NCBI GenBank assembly: GCA_009926905.1
Contig: RFNX01000591.1
Coordinates: 1 to 26,505 of the forward strand
Length of the DNA stretch: 26,505 nt
From: Flavobacteriales bacterium
GTDB lineage: Bacteria > Bacteroidota > Bacteroidia > Flavobacteriales_D > Crocinitomicaceae
Direction of reading: 5' to 3'
Positions 8,066 through 17,500 of this stretch are shown here, piece after piece. Both the position numbers and the translations under genes were made by a program. The number at the start of each line of letters is the position of its first letter. Positions within the stretch are counted from its first letter, which is position 1. The notes below the pieces were generated by a model. The model did no database searches. It saw only the letters and a program-made list of their open reading frames with translations, and was not told the origin of the DNA.

Positions 8066-10906
8066 ATGAATCCTTTTTCAAGAAGACACATCGGTCCAAG
8101 CGAAGCTGAAAAGCAAGCGATGTTGCAAAAAATTGGAGTAAGCTCAACCGCAGAATTAGTAGATAGAACGATTCCTGCTCACATCCGTTTGAACGGTGAA
8201 TTGAACATCGCAGATGCAATGACTGAGCAAGAATATTTGCAACATATCAATGAGTTGGGTAAGAAAAATCAGGTGAATAAATCATTCATCGGAATGGGTT
8301 ATAATGAAACAATCGTACCTTCCGTGATTTTGAGAAATGTGTTGGAGAATCCAGGATGGTACACAGCTTACACGCCTTACCAAGCTGAGATTTCACAAGG
8401 ACGTTTAGAAGCTTTGTTAAATTTCCAAACGATGGTTTTGGAATTAACGGGAATGGAAATCGCAAACGCATCTTTGTTAGATGAGGCTACTGCAGCTGCT
8501 GAAGCAATGATTATGTTCTACAACTCACGTTCAAGAGCAGATATCAAAGAGGGGAAAAATAAATTCTTTATCGCTTCAACAGCTTTCCCGCAAACAATTG
8601 ATGTTGTAACTGGTCGCGCATTGAATTTAGGAATTGAATTGGTAATCGCTGACCCTGCAACTTTTGAGGCAGATGCACAATTCTTCGGTGCTTTGGTACA
8701 ATATCCAGATGCAAATGGAGCAATTACAGACATTGCTTCGTTCATCACAAAAATGAAAAACTTTGGAATTCAAGTCGCAGTTGCAGCTGATATTCTTTCT
8801 TTGGTTTTATTAAAATCCCCAGGTTCATTTGGTGCTGATGCTGTATTGGGCACGACTCAACGTTTCGGTGTACCAATGGGTTACGGTGGTCCTCACGCAG
8901 CATTTTTCGCAGTGAAGGAAGATTACAAACGTAATTTACCGGGAAGAATTATTGGTGTTTCAAAAGACGCTGATGATAATACGGCGTTGCGTATGGCTTT
9001 GCAAACACGTGAGCAACACATCAAACGCGATAAAGCAACGTCAAATATTTGTACAGCGCAAGCTCTTTTGGCTGTTATGGCAAGTATGTATGCTGTTTAC
9101 CATGGACCAAATGGGATGAAAGCGATTGCAACACATGCACACAAATTAGCGGCAACAACGGCAGCTGGTTTGAATAAATTAGGTGTTTCATTAGGTTCTA
9201 ATTCTTACTTTGATACCATTTGGTTGAAAAGTGTTGATTGTGCTTCAATTCGTTCAAAAGCGGAAGCTACTGGAATGAACTTTAATTATTTGAACGATTC
9301 AGAATTGACAATTAGCTTCGGTGAACCACATACTTTAGCTGATGTAAATGCAATTTTGGCTGTTTTTGGAAATGAAACTGTTTCTGAGCTTTCAGGTGTT
9401 GCTTTAACAGATGAAGTTTTAAGAACAGATGCTGTTTTTTCTCACAAGGTTTTTAACAGCTATCATTCAGAATCAAGAATGATGCGTTACTTAAAGCGTT
9501 TGGAAAATAAAGATTTATCATTGGTTCACAGTATGATTCCTTTGGGTTCTTGTACGATGAAATTGAATGCTGCAAGTGAATTGATTCCGATTACGAATCC
9601 TCAATTTGCAAACATGCACCCATTTGCACCACTTTCGCAAGCTGCAGGTTACCACGAACTATTCCGCCAATTGGAAAAAGATTTGTGTGAATGTACAGGA
9701 TTTGCTGCGGTTTCTTTGCAACCAAATTCTGGGGCTCAAGGAGAATATGCTGGTTTGATGGTAATTAAAGCGTACCATGAATCTCGTAATGATTTCCATA
9801 GAAAGAAAATGATAATTCCTTCGTCTGCACACGGAACAAACCCTGCATCAGCTGTTATGGCTGGTTTTGAAGTGGTTGTTACAGGTTGCGACGAAAACGG
9901 AAATATAGATGTAGAAGAATTAAAAAGAGTAGCAATTGAATTGAAAGATTCATTAGCTGGTTTAATGGTAACTTATCCATCTACACATGGTGTTTTCGAA
10001 GAAGAAATTCGCGAAATCACTTCTATCATCCACGAAAATGGTGGTCAAGTGTATATGGATGGAGCGAACATGAATGCACAAGTAGGATTAACAAATCCAG
10101 GAAATATTGGAGCTGATGTTTGCCACTTGAATTTACATAAAACGTTTGCAATTCCTCACGGAGGTGGCGGTCCTGGAATGGGTCCAATTGGAGTTGGAGC
10201 ACATTTAGCACCGTTCTTACCAGGAAGTCCAATTGTTGAAGCGGGTGGTTCAAATGCTATTCACGCAGTTTCTGCAGCACCTTATGGAAGTGCCTTGATT
10301 TTATTGATTTCTTACGGTTATATCAAAATGTTAGGTGCAGTTGGTTTACGCGAATCAACTGAAATTGCAATTTTGAATGCAAATTATATCGCAGCTTGTT
10401 TGAAAGGACATTACGATATTTTGTACACCGGAAAAAATGGTACAGTTGCACACGAGATGATTTTAGATTGCCGTGATTTCAAACGCACTTCTGAAGTTGA
10501 AGTTGCTGATATGGCGAAACGTTTAATTGACTTTAATTTCCATGCACCAACGGTTTCTTTCCCGGTTGCGGGAACTTTGATGATTGAGCCCACTGAATCT
10601 GAGGACAAAGAAGAATTAGATCGTTTTATCGAAGCGATGATTAAAATCCGTGAAGAAATTCGTGAAATTGAAAATGGTCATGCAGATAAATCGAATAACT
10701 TATTGAAAAATGCACCACACACAGCGGATTGTATCATCAATAAAGATTGGAATTATCCATATTCACCACAAGAAGCGGTTTATCCTTTGCCTTATTTAAA
10801 AGAATTTAAATACTGGGTTCCTGTTCGTCGTGTTGATAATGCATACGGAGATAGAAACCTGATCTGTTCTTGCCCGAGTGTGGAAAGCTACGCTACGGTT
10901 GAATGA
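8066..10906 (+). CDS. gcvP: Glycine dehydrogenase (decarboxylating), glycine cleavage system P protein, single-chain
   Basis: YTAYTPYQAEISQGRLE, LQTREQHIKRDKATSNICTAQALLA, MIPLGSCTMKLN, PLP-lysine motif HLNLHKTF, GDRNLICSC. Confidence 0.98.
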   Translation: MNPFSRRHIGPSEAEKQAMLQKIGVSSTAELVDRTIPAHIRLNGELNIADAMTEQEYLQHINELGKKNQVNKSFIGMGYNETIVPSVILRNVLENPGWYTAYTPYQAEISQGRLEALLNFQTMVLELTGMEIANASLLDEATAAAEAMIMFYNSRSRADIKEGKNKFFIASTAFPQTIDVVTGRALNLGIELVIADPATFEADAQFFGALVQYPDANGAITDIASFITKMKNFGIQVAVAADILSLVLLKSPGSFGADAVLGTTQRFGVPMGYGGPHAAFFAVKEDYKRNLPGRIIGVSKDADDNTALRMALQTREQHIKRDKATSNICTAQALLAVMASMYAVYHGPNGMKAIATHAHKLAATTAAGLNKLGVSLGSNSYFDTIWLKSVDCASIRSKAEATGMNFNYLNDSELTISFGEPHTLADVNAILAVFGNETVSELSGVALTDEVLRTDAVFSHKVFNSYHSESRMMRYLKRLENKDLSLVHSMIPLGSCTMKLNAASELIPITNPQFANMHPFAPLSQAAGYHELFRQLEKDLCECTGFAAVSLQPNSGAQGEYAGLMVIKAYHESRNDFHRKKMIIPSSAHGTNPASAVMAGFEVVVTGCDENGNIDVEELKRVAIELKDSLAGLMVTYPSTHGVFEEEIREITSIIHENGGQVYMDGANMNAQVGLTNPGNIGADVCHLNLHKTFAIPHGGGGPGMGPIGVGAHLAPFLPGSPIVEAGGSNAIHAVSAAPYGSALILLISYGYIKMLGAVGLRESTEIAILNANYIAACLKGHYDILYTGKNGTVAHEMILDCRDFKRTSEVEVADMAKRLIDFNFHAPTVSFPVAGTLMIEPTESEDKEELDRFIEAMIKIREEIREIENGHADKSNNLLKNAPHTADCIINKDWNYPYSPQEAVYPLPYLKEFKYWVPVRRVDNAYGDRNLICSCPSVESYATVE

Positions 10907-10910
10907 CAAT

Positions 10911-10978
10911 AACGAATTACGGATTGCGGATAACGAATTGATTTCTAATCCGCAATTCACAATTTTTAATCCGTAATT
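10911..10978. repeat. Inverted heptamer-based repeat (hairpin) between gcvP and bshB1
   Basis: AATTACGGATT (10915-10925) pairs with AATCCGTAATT (10968-10978). ATTGCGGAT (10923-10931) pairs with ATCCGCAAT (10948-10956). Both arms have a 7-bp periodicity. Confidence 0.7.
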
Positions 10979-10986
10979 TATTTATT

Positions 10987-11658
10987 ATGAAACTTGACAT
11001 CCTTGCTTTTGCAGCGCATCCAGACGACGTTGAATTATCAGCTTCGGGAACGCTTATGCGCTATGTTGCGGAAGGGAAAAAAGTTGGGATTATAGATTTA
11101 ACAGAAGGCGAATTAGGAACAAGAGGTACAGTCGAAACACGCTATGAAGAAGCGGCAGATGCATCCAAAATTATGGGATTATCGGCACGTGAAAACTTAC
11201 GAATGCCCGACGGATTTTTTGAAGACAATGCAGAAAACAAACGATTGATCATCGAGCAAATTCGTAAATATCAACCAGAAATTGTTTTGGCAAATAGTAT
11301 TTCTGACCGACATCCTGATCATGGAAGAGCAGGGAAATTAGTGGAAGACGCTTGTTTTTTAGCGGGCTTGCGAAAAATTGAAACAGAATTAGAGGGCAAA
11401 GAACAAGTGCCACATCGTCCAAGATTAGTCGCACATTACATTCAAGATTTTTATTTGGAACCCGATTTCGTCATTGATGTTACTCCTTTTGTGGAGCGTA
11501 AAATCGAAGTCATTAAAGCATTTAAAACGCAATTCTACGACCCAAATAGCCCAGAGCCTTCAACTCCTATTTCTGGAGAAGAGTTTTTCGATTTTATCAA
11601 AGGTCGAATGCTCAATATGGGAAGACCAGCTGGAATGAATATGCTGAAGGATTTATGA
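10987..11658 (+). CDS. bshB1: Bacillithiol biosynthesis deacetylase BshB1 (PIG-L family); C-terminus apparently frameshifted, restored end at 11701
   Basis: AHPDDVE metal motif, GELGTRG, DRHPDH, SQ/TQFY-like and G...R motifs. The expected YAEGF...GVDDLF tail lies in other frames just downstream. Confidence 0.9.
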   Translation: MKLDILAFAAHPDDVELSASGTLMRYVAEGKKVGIIDLTEGELGTRGTVETRYEEAADASKIMGLSARENLRMPDGFFEDNAENKRLIIEQIRKYQPEIVLANSISDRHPDHGRAGKLVEDACFLAGLRKIETELEGKEQVPHRPRLVAHYIQDFYLEPDFVIDVTPFVERKIEVIKAFKTQFYDPNSPEPSTPISGEEFFDFIKGRMLNMGRPAGMNMLKDL

Positions 11659-11741
11659 TTTCTAGGTGTTTGGAGTGGATGATTTATTTGGAATAGTTTA
11701 ATTGAATAAAGTCTAACTCTTTTGTCTTCCAAAAAATCAAG

Positions 11742-11749
11742 TATCTTTG
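11742..11749 (+). promoter_or_regulatory. Bacteroidota sigma-70-type promoter (-33 TTTG 11721-11724; -7 TATCTTTG), probably giving a leaderless transcript
   Basis: Both elements are present with a 17-nt spacer. The ATG begins only 4 nt after the -7 element. Confidence 0.75.
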
Positions 11750-11753
11750 CGCC

Positions 11754-12185
11754 ATGTACAAGAGAATAATCTTATTTACATTTACCCTTTTGCTCTTCGC
11801 AGGAAGTGTTGGCATACCCATGTTTATACACGCTTGTGAAGAAGATGGAGTTTTTTATTCTTATTTGGTGCAAAGTGAATCACATTGTAAAGAAAACAAT
11901 GAAAATGACATTCCTCCTTGTTGTGAAAGTAAAAAGAAAGAAAATAAAGATTGTTGTAATGACGAAACGACTATTCTTCAACTTAAATTAGATTATGCAA
12001 CAACTTGGAATGAATTTCATTTCTGTATTTATACTTATACTTTAGTTTGCTCTAAAATTTTTCGTCAAGATTTTATTTGCTCACAAACAAAGGAAAAAAA
12101 GCGCAAATTATTGCAACGGACCTCCTCCAAAACCTTGGGGAAAAACACTTCTAATTCACCAACAAATTTTTCGTATTTAGATTGA
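11754..12185 (+). CDS. HYC_CC_PP-like small Cys-rich exported protein; native C-terminus (..NGPPPKPWGKTLLIHQQIFRI*, stop 12178-12180) is in the +1 frame
   Basis: Hydrophobic N-terminus, HAC, HC, PPCC and DCC motifs, and LKLDY. The PPP...IFRI ending typical of this family appears in the +1 frame. Located just upstream of a TBDR. Confidence 0.7.
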   Translation: MYKRIILFTFTLLLFAGSVGIPMFIHACEEDGVFYSYLVQSESHCKENNENDIPPCCESKKKENKDCCNDETTILQLKLDYATTWNEFHFCIYTYTLVCSKIFRQDFICSQTKEKKRKLLQRTSSKTLGKNTSNSPTNFSYLD

Positions 12186-12224
12186 TAACATTACTTTTTT
12201 TGTTTAATCATCTAATACATTTTA

Positions 12225-14453
12225 ATGAAAATTATATTTATAAGTGTGTGTTTGAGTCTTTTTTGCAACTTAAACGTCAACGCACAAATTAAAGGGTTAG
12301 TTCAGGGTTCAGATTCAACTACTAAAAAACCCCTTTTTAATGCAAAAATCAAATTACTTAACGCAAAAACAGGTGTTTTGACTTCCGAAGAAGGAACATT
12401 TGAAATTGTTCTACCAAAAAATCTACCTGATACCTTAGTCATAACTGCAATGGGATATCATTCCGATTCAATAATTGTTAGGAAAAATGATAGATTTGTC
12501 TCTCTTAATATTGTTCTTTATTCTGAAAATTTACTTCCCGAAATTATTGTTGAATATAGAAAATCAACACATGGTATTTCACGGATGAAAACGTTACATG
12601 TAGAAGAATTGACTTCTGGAGAATTGCGAAAAGCAGCTTGTTGTAACCTTTCGGAATCTTTTGAAACAAATGCTTCGGTTGATGTCAGTATAACAGATGC
12701 AGTTTCTGGAGCTAAGAAAATCCAAATGATGGGATTGGATGGAGTTTACACTCAAATTCAGATGGAGAATATTCCTTATTTAAGAGGATTAGAAAGTTCA
12801 TTTGGTCTGCAATCAATTTCCGGAACATGGATTGAATCTATACAAATTACAAAAGGCACTGGAAACGTTGTAAATGGTTACGAATCAATGGCAGGATTAG
12901 TCAATTTAGAAATCAAAAAACCTAAAGAGATGGAGAAGTTCTTTGCAAATGTTTATCAAAATATTTTTGGGCGTTCTGAAGTTAATTTAAATTCTGGACA
13001 GATAATTAACGATAAATGGAGTACCGGAACTTTAGCACATGCCTCAAAAGTTTATGGTAACATTGATCATAATCACGATGGATTCCGTGATCTTCCGATG
13101 GGAGATAACATTGCTTTTATGAATCGTTGGGATTACGGTGGGAAGAATAAAGAAATTCAATTTGGAATCAATGCCTATCAAGATCGAAAAGTTGGTGGAC
13201 AAACAACTTTTTATAGAGGCTTAGGAATAGAACCAAACCCAAATTCAAGCTATGGTGTAATATTAAATTCTAAACACATAGATATTTTTGCCAAAACAGG
13301 ATTTTTCGGAAAAAAACCAATGCAGTCATTGGGAATCGTTTACAATTTAAAATATCAAGACATGAATGGACAATTTGGTATTCGTCCATTTTCAGGCATT
13401 GAAAAAAGAGCGTATATCAATGCTATTTACGATGATATTATTAGCACAAGCGACCATAAAATAAAGGTTGGCATGAGTTTAGTTGCGCTCAACATATTTC
13501 AAAAAGCAGATTCACTTTCGGAAAATAGGAATGAAATTGTACCCGGAATTTTTTCCGAATATACTTTCACTGGTTCAAGATTTACTGGTGTAATTGGCGC
13601 TAGATATGATTATCACAATTTATTTGGAAGTCAGTTTTCACCAAGAATTCATGCAAAATATACATTAAGTGAAAAAACTGATCTACGATTGACAACTGGA
13701 AAAGGGTGGCGTGTTCCAAATTATATGATTGACAATATTTCATTACTTGCTAATTCAAAGCAATGGATTGCTCCATTGAATACTCAACCTGAAATTTCAT
13801 GGAACTTTGGAGGTTCAATCGTTCAAGAGTTTACACTTTTCAATCAAAAAGCAAACATTACATTTGATTTTTATCACACTCTATTTAGAAATCAATTAGT
13901 GGTTGATAGAGATGTTAGCTTAAATACGATAGTATTTTCAAATCTTAAAAACTCATCTTTTTCAAACAGTTTTCAAACAGAATTAAGTTTCAGTCCAATC
14001 AAGAATTTTGATGTTCGATTTGCATTCAAAATTTTGGACGTTAAAGCAAAATATGGAGGAGAAATAAGACAACAAGTTATGATTCCTCGCCAACGAGGTT
14101 TTATTAATCTAGCTTATAAATCAAGAGATAAAAGATGGTTTTTCGACTTTACTTGTTCAGTTTTTGGAAGTTCTAGATTACCTGTTCAAGTAGACCCAAG
14201 TAATCCAAGTAATGAAATTTTCGATACTAAAAGTAAAATTTACCCAATGATAAATTCTCAAATAACACATGTATATAAAAAATGGGAGTTTTATTTAGGT
14301 GGAGAAAATCTATTAAATTTCAAACAACAAAATCCTATCGTTGATGCTCAAAACCCATTTAGCACAAAGTTTGATGCAACGAATATTTGGGGACCAATCA
14401 TGGGAATTAATATTTACACTGGAGTTCGCTTTTCTATTATAAAGAAAAAGTAG
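12225..14453 (+). CDS. TonB-dependent receptor with N-terminal carboxypeptidase-regulatory-like domain, putative heavy-metal uptake type
   Basis: Signal peptide; CarboxypepD_reg-like N-domain; plug with KAACCNLSESFETN, GAKKIQMMGLDG and SIQITKGTG; C-terminal GGENLLNF...WGPIMG.NIYTGVRF barrel end. Confidence 0.92.
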   Translation: MKIIFISVCLSLFCNLNVNAQIKGLVQGSDSTTKKPLFNAKIKLLNAKTGVLTSEEGTFEIVLPKNLPDTLVITAMGYHSDSIIVRKNDRFVSLNIVLYSENLLPEIIVEYRKSTHGISRMKTLHVEELTSGELRKAACCNLSESFETNASVDVSITDAVSGAKKIQMMGLDGVYTQIQMENIPYLRGLESSFGLQSISGTWIESIQITKGTGNVVNGYESMAGLVNLEIKKPKEMEKFFANVYQNIFGRSEVNLNSGQIINDKWSTGTLAHASKVYGNIDHNHDGFRDLPMGDNIAFMNRWDYGGKNKEIQFGINAYQDRKVGGQTTFYRGLGIEPNPNSSYGVILNSKHIDIFAKTGFFGKKPMQSLGIVYNLKYQDMNGQFGIRPFSGIEKRAYINAIYDDIISTSDHKIKVGMSLVALNIFQKADSLSENRNEIVPGIFSEYTFTGSRFTGVIGARYDYHNLFGSQFSPRIHAKYTLSEKTDLRLTTGKGWRVPNYMIDNISLLANSKQWIAPLNTQPEISWNFGGSIVQEFTLFNQKANITFDFYHTLFRNQLVVDRDVSLNTIVFSNLKNSSFSNSFQTELSFSPIKNFDVRFAFKILDVKAKYGGEIRQQVMIPRQRGFINLAYKSRDKRWFFDFTCSVFGSSRLPVQVDPSNPSNEIFDTKSKIYPMINSQITHVYKKWEFYLGGENLLNFKQQNPIVDAQNPFSTKFDATNIWGPIMGINIYTGVRFSIIKKK

Positions 14454-14463
14454 TGGTAAATAA

Positions 14464-14493
14464 AAAAGCCGAGAAAACTAATTCTCGGCTTTT
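14464..14493. terminator. Bidirectional intrinsic terminator between the convergent TBDR and giant adhesin genes
   Basis: Stem AAAAGCCGAGAA (14464-14475) / TTCTCGGCTTTT (14482-14493), 6-nt loop, A-tract and T-tract on the flanks. Confidence 0.9.
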
Positions 14494-14510
14494 ATTTGGT
14501 TTAGAAAAAC

Positions 14511-17500
14511 TTATCGAATACTATGTTTGATAACTTCCGTTGAAGTTGTTTCATTATTAATACTGATGTAATATATACCTGGAGCAACATTCTCATTTAC
14601 GAAAAACATGTTTGTTCCATCTTGCACATTTACTTCCTTAATCATAACCTCAGTACCTTTCGTGTCAACAATTCTCAAGGTTGCTTTTCCAACAAGTTGT
14701 TGATTATTTACAACCACTTTAAAGTTATTATCACTTGGATTTGGGAAAGTTTTAAATGAATATTTATTTTCATCACCGCAACCAATTAAGATTGGATCAT
14801 AAACTTTATCCATTCCATCCACATCCACTTGACGAAGTCTGTAGTACAATTCCTGTGATGCTGTTTCCGTTTCAAAAGTATAAGATAATTTTTCAAAGCT
14901 TGTTCCTGCTGCCGGTTGCGTATTTACAACCATCCAATTTTCACCATCTCTAGAAGTTTGAATCTCAAAATAAGCACTGTTGAATTCAGAAGCAGTCTGC
15001 CAAGTCAACTTCGTTTTTTCTTCTGAACAATTTCCAGTAAATGAGAGCAATTCTACAGGTAATGGATTCGCATTATCTCCGCCGCCATTGAACCAGCTGA
15101 ATCCAACAACACCGCCGCTTCCAACTTTGTAATCTTCTCCTGCTGTAAATGCTTGAATCACTTCATGTGTTCCTGCTAGAGTCCAATCGTCGTGAGTACC
15201 ATTCGAATTTCCTTTAGCCCGAATCAATCGTAATCTTGGTGGATCATTTAATACGCCACCTTGTGAGACACTAAAAGGATTGTTTAACCTCAGGTATAAA
15301 TCATATTCCGTATTATCAAGGGCAGCATAAGCAACACCACTTTCACTATATGGTGTCATTTCCCAGTAACCTAATTCATCTGCATTTTGAATGTAATAAC
15401 GTTGGTTTGTATTCCCTGGATCGAAATACTGAAGAGGGAAAGAACTATATGAATCTGGTGCCAATCCTTCATGGAAGTTTACAATTAAATAACCACCTTC
15501 AGGAGCAGCAGTAAAGTTTACTTGTGCATATCTGTTTAAGGAACTTGTTCCAACAGGAAATATTCCGCTTTCTTGAGAGCTGTTTGTGCTTGCTGCAAAC
15601 CAACGCTTCAATGGACCAACCACAGAACCACTTGACCATTCCACAGACCCAACATTTGTTTTACTTGAACCAATTTCTAGGGTTTTACCAGATGCAAGGG
15701 TTACATTTCCTCCATTCATAGTAATGACATCTGTGATTTTTGCATCGTCTGATAAGCTAATTCCACCAGCACCACTCACTTTGAGTTGTTTAACATCACC
15801 ATCGAAGAATCCTGTAGGAAGGCTCCATAAAGCATTATTATTAAAATCAACTTTTCCAGCATCAGCATCAATTCCACCAGCTATATGAATCATATCACCA
15901 CTTAATTTTAAGGTGTGATTAGCGATGTTAAATGTACCATCTGTCATTTTGAATGCCCCACTGATTTCTAAATCATTGCTTATTGTTACTGTTCCACCAA
16001 CGCGATCAATTTCTAAATTCGGAATGATTGGAGATGGCATAATGGAAACAGGCAAAGAAGCCGCTTTGTAAATTATGCTTCCTGTCGTTTCTGGATTAAG
16101 CCAACCATTGGTTCTACTCATTGTTGCGTCTGAATCAATTGTGAGGGTATTTGTGCCAAGTTTTAATGTTCCTTGAGGCAATTTCAATTCTCCTGTAATT
16201 GTTACATCTCCACCCAATTCAACGTCGCTTGCACCAGATAATGTCAAAATATTAACTGCTGAAGTTTCAAACACATCTGAAGCAAGAGTTAGATTGGATG
16301 TATTTGTCAATTCCAATTCTCCAGCACTTGCATTCAACTTACCATTTGTGGAAGTTGTGAGTCCTTTTGTTGTTAATTTATTTGTTGAGAGCGCAATTGT
16401 AGACTCGTCAATGGATAATTCATTTGTTACAACAGTGTTTCCAAGCAATGTTTTAGTTACATTGCCTGTTGATGTCAAGTTATAATAAGTAAGGGCATTG
16501 ATGTCTGTTGGATCAGTGCTAACAAACTTAACGGTCGAAGTATTTTGATTAAATGTTCCATCGCTTACAAATGGGGACCCACCACCTCTGAATTCAATAA
16601 TAGCAGAACCTGCGTTCAGTGTTTTAGATGCATTTAAAGTCAGTGTACCTTCCACGTTAATGTCTTGGTTGGTTGTTACTGTACCACTCGCTCCTTCAAT
16701 ATTTAGATTAATAAAAGTAGTTACACTTGAACCTTCGATTGATTGCGAACTTGTTCCATTTAAAGAAACATTTGGACTTCCAGTAATTGTTCCATTATTG
16801 ATGAAATCGCCTTTCACTTCTAGGTTGTTTGAATTCATGTCGAGCGTTCCATTTTGAACAGTCAGATTTCCCTTTACTGCTAGCACATCTGCACTTGTAG
16901 CAGAAGCACCATTGGACTGATTAATTACTAAATTGTAGTAACCAGGAACAGTATGATTTGTTGGAGGAATCACTTGGTATTCACCTGCAAAAACAATTGT
17001 ATTGTTATTGGTAGTTGCATCAAGAGTTCCATCAATAATCAACTCATTCATAATCGTATCAACTGCAGCAGTTTGCATAGTCAGTTTTTTACCTGAACTA
17101 ATGGAAAGGTTGTAAAACTTAGTGTTTCCAGCCATTGTTGCATTGTTGTTGCTAATGACAACAGTGCTCGTTCCAGCTTCAAATGTTCCATTATTAGTCC
17201 ATGCGCTTGCACCGTTTAAGGTCAACGTACCTGAACCACCATTCACTCTACCACCACTAAGAATTGTTAATGATGCAGCTTGATTCGTTCCAGTTAATGC
17301 TAATTCTTGATCGTAAATATTAGGATTCACTACAATTTTAGACCAACTAGAAGGCACAGCTCCTGAAGACCAATTGGTTTTATTGTTCCATTTTGTTCCT
17401 TCGCTTCCATTTGCTGCTCCAATCCATAAAGTATCGGTGCTGTTTTTTTCTGCTATCATCCAATATTTCGTTTTGGATGCATCTCCTTCATCTGTTAATG

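Noticed and set aside
4494-11991. Small ORFs nested in the hydrolase, gcvP, bshB1 and Cys-rich genes (4494, 8286, 8518, 10026, 10411, 11249, 11535, 11806)
   Set aside because: They overlap well-supported genes wholly or largely and show no motifs or independent promoters.
11700-14460. Mobile island inferred from the more AT-rich look of the TBDR locus
   Set aside because: No integrase, transposase, tRNA or boundary repeats were found. GC content was not computed, and the other surface-protein genes here also look AT-rich.
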